Position numbers and translations under genes: made by a program. A stretch of DNA of 32,000 nt from Edaphobacter aggregans (lineage in GTDB: Bacteria > Acidobacteriota > Terriglobia > Terriglobales > Acidobacteriaceae). Below, in pieces: positions 17,273-25,354 of the stretch. Numbering within the stretch: the stretch's first letter is position 1; each line of letters begins with the position of its first letter. A model generated the notes under the pieces. It saw nothing but the letters and a program-made list of their open reading frames with translations. It was not told where the DNA came from and did no database searches. The stretch is taken from positions 1,410,001 to 1,442,000 of the forward strand of contig NZ_RSDW01000001.1 in the NCBI RefSeq assembly GCF_003945235.1, given 5' to 3'.

Positions 17273-18385
17273 ATGAGTGCATCGTGGAGTTTAATCAATC
17301 GGTTCGTCTTCTCCAACCTTGCTCGTCGACCCATTCGCACTATCCTGAGTGTTCTGGCTATCGCGGTTGAAGTAACGATGATCCTTACCCTGGTCGGCGT
17401 CAGTTACGGGACGCTCGACGGAACAGCTCGTCGAGCTCGCGGTGTCGGAGCGGATATTCTGATCCGTCCACCTGGATCATCGATCATATCGCTCAGTACC
17501 GCTCCAATGAGCGATAAGCTAGTTTCGTTGCTCGCTAGCCGACCCGGAGTCGCAATGGCCATCGGTACGGTCGTTCAGCCTCTTCAAGGTCTCGATACGG
17601 TCACCGGCCTCGACCTCAACCAGTTTTCAAAGATGAGTGGAGGCTTTCACTTTCTGGAAGGCGGCCCTTTTCAAACGGATGACGACATTCTTATCGATGA
17701 ATTCTATGCGCGCGAAAAAAGACTCCACGCGGGCGATAATCTTAACCTGATTGGCCACGATTGGCATGTAGCGGGTGTCTTCGAGTCCGGCAAGCTTACC
17801 CGGATATGCATCAGGCTGCCGGTCCTGCAGCAACTAACCGGAAATCCAAACCACTTAAGCCAGATCTATCTCAAGGTCGACAATCCTGCTCATGTGCAGG
17901 ATGTTGTCGACGAACTCCGCAAGACACTCCCCGGATATCCGGTTTATACGATGGAAGAATTCACGTCTCTTCTGTCGATCAACAGCGTCGGCTTGTTGCG
18001 CAACTTTATTGGCGTTGTAATCGCAATTGCTATTGTTGTGGGATTCATTGTCGTCTCAATGGCGATGTATACCGCTGTTCTTGAGCGCACCCGTGAGATC
18101 GGTATTCTGAGGTCGCTAGGTGCATCCTCATCGTTCATCTTCAGCCTTCTTTTGAAAGAGACACTCCTCCTGGCTCTCGTTGGTACTGGCATAGGCATCG
18201 TGTTTACTTATTTCGCCCAATGGTCGATCGAGCACATTGGACACTCCGGCCTAACGCAGGAGACCGTCTACGCTTGGTGGCCTATAGCAGGTGCGATTGC
18301 CATTACAGGTGCAATACTTGGCACCTTGGCCCCGGCGTTCAAGGCTATCCACCAAGAAGTAACTCAGGCACTTTCCTATGAATAG
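17273..18385 (+). CDS. ABC-transporter permease of the FtsX/MacB/LolE type (MacB-like periplasmic domain plus FtsX domain)
   Basis: 370-aa ORF. It has an N-terminal TM helix (RTILSVLAIAVEVTMILTLVGV), an extracytoplasmic region of about 200 aa, then three TM helices. The block AVLERTREIGILRSLGAS is characteristic of the family. Confidence 0.8.
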   Translation: MSASWSLINRFVFSNLARRPIRTILSVLAIAVEVTMILTLVGVSYGTLDGTARRARGVGADILIRPPGSSIISLSTAPMSDKLVSLLASRPGVAMAIGTVVQPLQGLDTVTGLDLNQFSKMSGGFHFLEGGPFQTDDDILIDEFYAREKRLHAGDNLNLIGHDWHVAGVFESGKLTRICIRLPVLQQLTGNPNHLSQIYLKVDNPAHVQDVVDELRKTLPGYPVYTMEEFTSLLSINSVGLLRNFIGVVIAIAIVVGFIVVSMAMYTAVLERTREIGILRSLGASSSFIFSLLLKETLLLALVGTGIGIVFTYFAQWSIEHIGHSGLTQETVYAWWPIAGAIAITGAILGTLAPAFKAIHQEVTQALSYE

Positions 18386-18709
18386 GAACAATATCCTGGC
18401 AATGAACGTGGTTTGCGACTAATCACAAAGTCATAAAGTTATAGACTTGAGCTCTTCCTCGTACCGCATCGGTGATGCTAGACCCGAACGGGATTCAGAT
18501 TATCCTTCAATTGATCATCTGCGAGGGCTCAACAATCATCCACAGACGCGGATACGGCACGCAACCTCACAGACGACGATATACCTCTACGCAGGTGGTC
18601 TCCGCAGATAAACGGAGTGCAAGTAGGAGGCAGGTAGAGTTGATGATGGAGGATCGAAGCGGCTTGGAAAATTCCATACCGCTGATTTCGGGATTGTCAC
18701 TTGGGTTCG

Positions 18710-18738
18710 CCATAAACCATTTATTTTATTATGGTTTA

Positions 18739-18741
<3 letters not shown>
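18710..18741. terminator. AT-rich perfect hairpin abutting the 3' end of tRNA-Asp
   Basis: CCATAAACCAT (18710-18720) and ATGGTTTATGG (18731-18741) form a perfect 11-bp stem with a 10-nt T/A loop. The right arm overlaps the encoded CCA of tRNA-Asp. No clean U-tract follows. Confidence 0.35.
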
Positions 18742-18816
<75 letters not shown>

Positions 18817-18967
18817 GACATGTCACATAAGAAGAAGCAATCTAGGAGAGTATCTCCATCGCTCTCTTCTAATCTGCTATTGCTTTGGAACCCATCTTAG
18901 GCGATCAAAAAACCTATGGATCCGGTCAGCAACAGTACTGAGTGTATCAGAAGATGCGCCCAACAGA

Positions 18968-20428
18968 CTAGCTCACTTCGAATCTATCTCCGCGCTTAGG
19001 GCACACGACCTCCAGCCCATATCGTTTTTCGATCTCTTCCTTCAGTGCCTCTTGTGCGAGCGGCTCGCCGTGCACCAAAAACACCTTCTTCAACCCCTTC
19101 ACCGCAGGTTCCATCCACGCCAACAACTCACTCTGATCCGCATGACCGCTCAGTTCGCCGATCGAATCGACCTCCGCCCGCAGACGCATTGGCTCGCCAA
19201 AGATGTTCACCTCCGGCAGCCTATCTACAATCTTTCGGCCCAGCGTATTTGCCGCCTGATAGCCAGTAATCAGCACCAGGTTGCGCGGATCTTCGATCCC
19301 ATTCTTCAGATGATGCAGTATCCGTCCGGCCTCGCACATCCCCGACGCTGACATCACCAGAAAAGGTACGCGCAGATCATTCAGAGCCTTACTCTCCTGC
19401 ACCGTACGGGTATAGCGCAATCGTTCCCATCCAAAGGGGTCCGTACCCTTGCTGTAGAACACGCACGCCTCTTTGTCCCAATCCTCCGTATGCTTGCGAA
19501 AGACATCGGTCACAGCAACCGCCAGCGGACTGTCCACAAAAATCGGTATATCCGGAATCTGCTTCTCATCAATAAGCTGATGCAGCAGCAGTACCAGTTG
19601 CTGAGTCCGTTCCACGGCGAACGCCGGAACAATAATGTGGCCACCTCGCCCAATCGTCCGCTTCACCAACCTGGCCAGCTTCTGCTTCACCGGCCCAATC
19701 GGTTGATGCAGCCGATTTCCATACGTGCTCTCCATAATCAGATAATCTGCAACCGGCGCCGCATCCGGATCGCGAATAATCGGCAGGTCTTTGCGCCCTA
19801 CATCACCAGAAAAGAGTAGCCGCGTTGTCTGCCCTTTCTCTACAGCCTCGACCAGGACACAGGTCGAGCCCAGCATATGCCCCGCGTTCGACAGCGACAC
19901 GCTGAACCCCGCGTCTTTCGTCGAACCAGCCAGCAGCTTCGGCTCGTGCATCTGTATCTGCTGCATCTGCCGGCTCACCTGCTCGGCATCCTCTTGCGTA
20001 TAGAGCGGCTGAACCGGTTCAGCACCTTGCGGCAGCTTCAACAAGTTCCTGCGTCCACGCCGCCGATTCATGAAATCCGCATCGCCTTCCTGAATATGGG
20101 CACTATCTTTGAGCATCGGCCCGCATAGATCGATCGTCGAAGCAGTCGCGTAGATCGGCCCCCTATACCCTCGCTTCGCTAGCGACGGCAGATTGCCGCT
20201 ATGGTCAATATGCGCATGCGACAATACCACCGCGTTCAACCCGCCAGTTCCCTGCCCCGCAAGCTGCTCGTCTGGCAAAGCCAGATGCGAATTGATCTCA
20301 ACCGCCTCCTGCCGCCGCCCTTGAAACAGCCCGCAGTCCAGCAGAATATTCTGCCCGGCACACTCGAGATGATGAGACGATCCCGTAACCGTCTGTGCTG
20401 CGCCCCAAAAATGCAATCGAATGCCCAT
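18968..20428 (-). CDS. MBL-fold metallo-hydrolase of the beta-CASP RNA-metabolising family
   Basis: The ORF runs 18968-20653. The family-typical N-terminus MGIRLHFWGAAQTVTGSSHHLE begins at ATG 20428. It has the HxHxDH motif (SHAHIDHSGNLP), a beta-CASP region, and C-terminal LSGHADQSELLAWM. Confidence 0.85.
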   Translation of the reverse strand: MGIRLHFWGAAQTVTGSSHHLECAGQNILLDCGLFQGRRQEAVEINSHLALPDEQLAGQGTGGLNAVVLSHAHIDHSGNLPSLAKRGYRGPIYATASTIDLCGPMLKDSAHIQEGDADFMNRRRGRRNLLKLPQGAEPVQPLYTQEDAEQVSRQMQQIQMHEPKLLAGSTKDAGFSVSLSNAGHMLGSTCVLVEAVEKGQTTRLLFSGDVGRKDLPIIRDPDAAPVADYLIMESTYGNRLHQPIGPVKQKLARLVKRTIGRGGHIIVPAFAVERTQQLVLLLHQLIDEKQIPDIPIFVDSPLAVAVTDVFRKHTEDWDKEACVFYSKGTDPFGWERLRYTRTVQESKALNDLRVPFLVMSASGMCEAGRILHHLKNGIEDPRNLVLITGYQAANTLGRKIVDRLPEVNIFGEPMRLRAEVDSIGELSGHADQSELLAWMEPAVKGLKKVFLVHGEPLAQEALKEEIEKRYGLEVVCPKRGDRFEVS

Positions 20429-20683
20429 CTTCCCTCGGTCCAGCCTTGTGGAGTTGTTTGTGCCGGCTTTGCTGGCTGCTCTGTCGGGCCCCCCAGCTAG
20501 CCTCGTGTAAGACACAAAGGATGAAGATATCTCTCCACACACATGTTGACAATACCGGGCCTGAAATACGCCGATGCTGATGTTCGCAGTCAATCTTCTC
20601 TTTTGTCGGAGCGCCTCGCCCCTTCCGCATTGCATCCTGTGATCCACTCCCATACACTTAGATTGGTTCGTAGGAATCGGAGC

Positions 20684-20760
<77 letters not shown>

Positions 20761-20817
20761 TTTCACCGTCTCCCAACCCAAACGCCGCACATCGCATATT
20801 CCGCCGCGCCCTTACTC

Positions 20818-21747
20818 ATGGCATCTCGCCTCATCATTAACGCGGACGACTTCGGCCTAACCCCCGGCATTAACCGAGCTATCGCCCAGCTTCATGAGGC
20901 TGGAGCCCTCACTTCAGCCACTCTCATGGCGACCGGGGCCGCATTCGACGACGCCGTATCTATCGCCCGTGCTCACCCCACACTTGGCATCGGCTGCCAT
21001 ATCGTCCTCACCGACGGCATCCCCGTCTCGCCCCCCCAGAGCATCCCCACCCTACTAGGCGCCGATGGCAAGACCTTCCGCCCCTCGCTCCTCGATTTTG
21101 TCCAAGCCCTTCTCCGCGGAATCATCCGCGAAGACGACATCGAGCGCGAGGCTCTGGCTCAGATTCAGAAACTCCAACGCGCCGGTATCGATGTCACCCA
21201 CATCGACACCCACAAACATACCCATCTCTTCCCTGCCGCCTCGCGACCGCTCCTGCATATCGCCCAACGCTGTTCCATCGGAGCCATACGTAACCCCTTC
21301 GAGCCTGCCTTTACGCGGCGGCTTCCCCACGCCCCCCTTAAGCGTCGCCTACAATTCGCCCTCCTCAAGACTCTCCGCCCCAGATTCACCCAGCTTAGCC
21401 AACTTCGCCACGCCCATGTCCTTACTACTGACGGCACTCTCGGCGTCTCAGCCACAGGCAACGTTACTCCAGCCACACTCACCGAGATTCTTAACGCTCT
21501 CCCCTCGGGAGGAACGTACGAGATTGTCTGCCACCCTGGCTACAATGACGCAGACCTCGATCGCGTCCGCACCAGACTACGCTCCCATCGCGAGATCGAG
21601 ATGCAGGCCCTCCTCAGGGCCATCCCCGCCATTCTCATGCAACCGAATCCGCCTGAGCTCATCCATTACGGTAACCTCGGAGCCTTCGATACTCTTCGAG
21701 AGAATGGTCAGTTTAGCCCCAACACCGGCTATGAAAAGGTGCTGTAA
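20818..21747 (+). CDS. YdjC/ChbG/HpnK-family carbohydrate deacetylase
   Basis: The ORF track starts at 20728, inside tRNA-Val. ATG 20818 gives MASRLIINADDFGLTPGINRAIAQLHEAGALTSATLMATG, the canonical YdjC N-terminus. Later blocks are HIDTHKHTH and CHPGY. Confidence 0.85.
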   Translation: MASRLIINADDFGLTPGINRAIAQLHEAGALTSATLMATGAAFDDAVSIARAHPTLGIGCHIVLTDGIPVSPPQSIPTLLGADGKTFRPSLLDFVQALLRGIIREDDIEREALAQIQKLQRAGIDVTHIDTHKHTHLFPAASRPLLHIAQRCSIGAIRNPFEPAFTRRLPHAPLKRRLQFALLKTLRPRFTQLSQLRHAHVLTTDGTLGVSATGNVTPATLTEILNALPSGGTYEIVCHPGYNDADLDRVRTRLRSHREIEMQALLRAIPAILMQPNPPELIHYGNLGAFDTLRENGQFSPNTGYEKVL

Positions 21748-21774
21748 CCCGGCCACCACCAACGCAGGAGAGTT

Positions 21775-22923
21775 ATGAAGATTGGCATCACCTGCTATCC
21801 CACCTACGGCGGCAGCGGAGTCGTCGCTACTGAACTGGGTATCGAACTCGCCGCTCGTGGCCATCAGATCCACTTCATCACGTCATCTCAGCCCTTCCGC
21901 CTCACCGGACGCGAGGCCAACATCCACTTCCATGAGGTCTCCGTCTCCACCTATCCCCTTTTCGAATACCCACCCTACGATCTCGCTCTCGCCACGCGCA
22001 TGGCTGAAGTGGCCGACTTCTACTCGCTCGACCTCCTCCACGTGCACTACGCTATCCCGCATTCCGTCAGTGCCTTGCTTGCCAGCCAGATGCTTGCCAC
22101 TCGCGGTCGCCGTCTCCCGTTCATTACGACCCTTCATGGCACCGATATCACGCTCGTAGGCCTCGATCCCTCCTACCTGCCCATTACTCGCTTCGGCATC
22201 GAACAATCCAACGGGGTCACAGCCATCTCTAGCCATCTTCGCGATCGAACGCGCGAAGCCTTCGATATCAAGTCAGAAATCGAGGTCATCCGAAACTTCG
22301 TCAACTGCGACGTCTATGTGCACAAGCCCGACCTCGTTGCCGCCATGCGCCCCAATTTCGCCAGTGCCAACGAACACCTCTTCGTCCATCTCTCTAACTT
22401 CCGCCCTGTGAAACGAGTCCAGGATGTCATCGAAGTCTTTGCCCGCGTCTCCCGTGTTCTTCCAGCCCGCCTCATGCTAATCGGCGATGGCCCCGACCGC
22501 AGCCTCGCCGAACAACTCGCTCTCCGTCATAACGTACAGGACCGTATCCACTTTCTGGGCAAGCAGGATAACGTCAATGAACTCCTCCCACTGGCTGATC
22601 TCATGATTATGCCTAGCCAGATGGAGTCCTTTGGTTTAGCCGCCCTGGAAGCAATGGCATGTGGCGTTCCTGCAATCGCCACCCGCGTAGGCGGAGTTCC
22701 TGAACTAGTCGATGATCAGATTAACGGCCTCCTGTTTGAGGTGGGTGGCATCGAATCCATGGCCGCCGCGGCCATATCCTTACTCCGGGACCCGTCTCGT
22801 CTGAAGGCTCTTTCCGTCGCCGCGCGCCAGACCGCGCGGGACCGATTCTGCGCCTCCCGCATCATCCCGCTCTACGAGCAGTACTACGAGCGCGTCATCG
22901 CCCGGACAACATCCTCCACATAA
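21775..22923 (+). CDS. bshA: N-acetyl-alpha-D-glucosaminyl L-malate synthase (bacillithiol biosynthesis glycosyltransferase BshA), GT4
   Basis: 382-aa ORF. The N-terminus MKIGITCYPTYGGSGVVATELGIELAARGHQIHFITSSQPFRL closely parallels my memory of Bacillus BshA (KIGITCYP..GGSG..ATELG..LA..GHEIHFITS..PFRL). The GT4 E-x7-E motif ESFGLAALE is present. Confidence 0.8.
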   Translation: MKIGITCYPTYGGSGVVATELGIELAARGHQIHFITSSQPFRLTGREANIHFHEVSVSTYPLFEYPPYDLALATRMAEVADFYSLDLLHVHYAIPHSVSALLASQMLATRGRRLPFITTLHGTDITLVGLDPSYLPITRFGIEQSNGVTAISSHLRDRTREAFDIKSEIEVIRNFVNCDVYVHKPDLVAAMRPNFASANEHLFVHLSNFRPVKRVQDVIEVFARVSRVLPARLMLIGDGPDRSLAEQLALRHNVQDRIHFLGKQDNVNELLPLADLMIMPSQMESFGLAALEAMACGVPAIATRVGGVPELVDDQINGLLFEVGGIESMAAAAISLLRDPSRLKALSVAARQTARDRFCASRIIPLYEQYYERVIARTTSST

Positions 22924-22939
22924 ACAAGATCAATAGACT

Positions 22940-24343
22940 TTACGACCGATTTAGACGACGCATCACATCTCCGACCGCGCTTGTTGCAGCCTCTAAAAGC
23001 TGCCGTTCGCCCTGCCCCCAAGTCTCTGCCTCCGCGTCGAGAATCGGCATCCTCAGGGTTACTTTCGTTCCCCTCCCAGGCCTGCTGTTGGTCTCCAACG
23101 AAGCCATTTCACCATAGAGCACCTTCATCCGATCCCTCACATTGCGCATACCGATTCCCGTTCCTAACCGCACCAAACCGCTTACAGGCGATGCGATATT
23201 CCGCTCCGGAGCCATTCCCACTCCATCATCCTCCACCTCCACCAGCAGCATGCCATCGTTGGTGATTCTGCTGCGCAATGTCACCGTTCCCCCGCTGATC
23301 CGCGGTTCCAGCCCATGCTTGAGGCTATTCTCGATCAGCGGTTGGAGCAGCATGCCAGGTACCACGATGTCGAGCGTATTATCCGCAATCTCCTTCACCA
23401 CTCTCAACTTCTCTCCGAATCGGACTACCTCAATATCTAGGTAGTCATCGGTAAACGCGAGTTCTTCGCGGAACGGTACAAACGCCTCGCGGTCCTTCAG
23501 AAGCACGCGCAATATGTTCGCGAGCTTCACAATCATCTCCCGCGCCAGTTCCGGCTGCGATCGGACAAGCGACGTAATCGAATTCAGCGTATTAAATAGA
23601 AAATGGGGATTGATCTGCCTTTGCAACGCATCCAGTCTTGCCTCCAGAAGCAATCTCCCCTGCTCCTCCAGCTTTCTTTCTATCCGGATCGAGTTCCATA
23701 TCTTCAATGGAATCCCTACTACCACCGGAGCACACGCACAGATCAAAAGCTGTACCCACCAGTCGTCGGAGTGCAGATCGAAGTACAGGTGCGGACGAAA
23801 CCGAGACAGCATGCTCGTGCAGAACTGCATCGCCGCAATCAGCACCAGTAGCAGAATCTGCCTATCCAGGTGAGGCCGCCGCAAATTCCGCGTCACCCAC
23901 CGGTAGATGCTCAGGTCGATCATCGGCGAGAATGACCACACGTCCTCAGGATCGGCAAACCGTCCGAACGTTCCCGCCACCGCCGCCACAATCAGGTTCA
24001 CCGGTAGCGCCCAGAATTCGTGGTGCACTATTGCCGGGATCGCAAGCGCCGCTCCTCCAGCCATCGCCGCAATCGGCCCGACCAGTATCCCCAGCAGAAT
24101 TGTCGTTTCAAAGGACAGGTCCGCAGCCAGGAAGTTCGGCACCGTCACTCGAACCCAGACGCCCAGTGTCAGCGGCAAGCAGATCATCGCCACTAGCCAC
24201 GCTGTCTGGCGCGGTGTCCGCTTTGACATCAGCAGCAGGTTCTTGAACGCCTTAGACCGAGCCAGCGAACTCGATACCGCTGCCGCCACACCTAACTCCA
24301 CCAGCAGCGTAATCAGAATCAGCTTGGAATCAATCTGTGTCAC
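22940..24343 (-). CDS. LytS/YehU-type sensor histidine kinase (polytopic N-terminal sensor, His_kinase and HATPase_c)
   Basis: 467-aa ORF. The first ~215 aa hold about 5-6 TM helices. Then come the LytS-family H-box region QINPHFLFNTLNSI and the ATPase blocks PGMLLQPLIENSLKHG and DDGVGM...GTGIGMRNVRDRM. Confidence 0.85.
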   Translation of the reverse strand: MTQIDSKLILITLLVELGVAAAVSSSLARSKAFKNLLLMSKRTPRQTAWLVAMICLPLTLGVWVRVTVPNFLAADLSFETTILLGILVGPIAAMAGGAALAIPAIVHHEFWALPVNLIVAAVAGTFGRFADPEDVWSFSPMIDLSIYRWVTRNLRRPHLDRQILLLVLIAAMQFCTSMLSRFRPHLYFDLHSDDWWVQLLICACAPVVVGIPLKIWNSIRIERKLEEQGRLLLEARLDALQRQINPHFLFNTLNSITSLVRSQPELAREMIVKLANILRVLLKDREAFVPFREELAFTDDYLDIEVVRFGEKLRVVKEIADNTLDIVVPGMLLQPLIENSLKHGLEPRISGGTVTLRSRITNDGMLLVEVEDDGVGMAPERNIASPVSGLVRLGTGIGMRNVRDRMKVLYGEMASLETNSRPGRGTKVTLRMPILDAEAETWGQGERQLLEAATSAVGDVMRRLNRS

Positions 24344-24468
24344 ACCCTTACTTTACCCCCATACCTGCTATAGCCCACCATGGCATCCGCCTTTGGGCTG
24401 CGATTGCATCGAATCCACCTCCATCACAATCTAAACACGCTGTGAGCATCGAACCGTATAATCGAATT

Positions 24469-25107
24469 ATGCCCTTCTCCGCAGTAAATAAAGTAGCCGA
24501 CGCCGACTTCCCCACCCGCTGGGGTCAATTCCGCATTCTCGGCTTTGAGGGCATCGTCGACTACCCCGAGCCATGTAATGACGACATCCCGGCGCCGGCA
24601 AAGCGGATCGAATCTGCCGTTGCTCTGGTGATGGGAAACATCCACTCCGCGCCTCCGATTGTCCGCATCCACTCCCAGTGTCTGACGGGTGATGTATTCC
24701 ACTCCCTCCGCTGTGATTGCCGCCAGCAACTTGAGCTTGCTCTCGGCGCCATCTCTGACGCCGGCTCAGGCATATTGCTCTATGAGCAGCAGGAAGGCCG
24801 CGGCATCGGGCTTATGGCCAAGCTTCGTGCCTATGAACTCCAGGACCAGGGCCTCGACACCATCGAAGCCAACCTGGAACTCGGATATAAAGCCGACTGC
24901 CGAGAGTTCGAACTGCCCGCTGAAATACTCAAGCAGATGGGTGTGAACTCCGTCCGCCTCATCACCAACAATCCTGCCAAGGTAGAAGCCCTCGAACTGG
25001 CTGGCGTCAAGGTCGTTGAGAGAATCTCAGCCGAGGTTCCCACCGAACCCACCAACGAGCGTTATCTTCAGACCAAACGTGAAAAGATGGGTCATCTAGT
25101 CAGCTGA
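24469..25107 (+). CDS. ribA: GTP cyclohydrolase II
   Basis: The ORF track starts at 24337 and overlaps the kinase start. ATG 24469 gives a 212-aa protein. It has RIHSQCLTGDVFHSLRCDC (zinc Cys triad), ILLYEQQEGRGIGLMAKLRAYELQDQGLDTIEAN and NERYLQTKREKMGHL, collinear with my memory of E. coli RibA. Confidence 0.92.
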   Translation: MPFSAVNKVADADFPTRWGQFRILGFEGIVDYPEPCNDDIPAPAKRIESAVALVMGNIHSAPPIVRIHSQCLTGDVFHSLRCDCRQQLELALGAISDAGSGILLYEQQEGRGIGLMAKLRAYELQDQGLDTIEANLELGYKADCREFELPAEILKQMGVNSVRLITNNPAKVEALELAGVKVVERISAEVPTEPTNERYLQTKREKMGHLVS

Positions 25108-25354
25108 TCGCCCGCGAAATACCGCTATCTCTGGATGATGGTTAATCCAGTCGAACCAGTAGTCCTTGTGCGAATTAATCTCTTTCAGATACTGCCCTGT
25201 CAGCTTCCCATCGATGGCGCATCCCTGAAAATTCCACACGGGCCGTCAACTACAAAGTGATTGAAACTAGACTCTACCTATCGGAGTAAACTTCTGACCA
25301 GTTCGCCACATCAGAAGGGATACCTTCAATTCGCACGAATGAAAGGTCCTCCGC

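Noticed and set aside
21065-21778. A 237-aa out-of-frame ORF lies inside ydjC, and a 202-aa ORF (23638-24246, +) lies antisense to the kinase.
   Set aside because: Both give Ser/Pro/Ala/Arg-rich low-complexity products inside genes with strong family signatures.
24344-24468. I looked for an FMN (RFN) riboswitch upstream of ribA.
   Set aside because: The 125-nt leader shows none of the conserved RFN blocks and is too short for the element.
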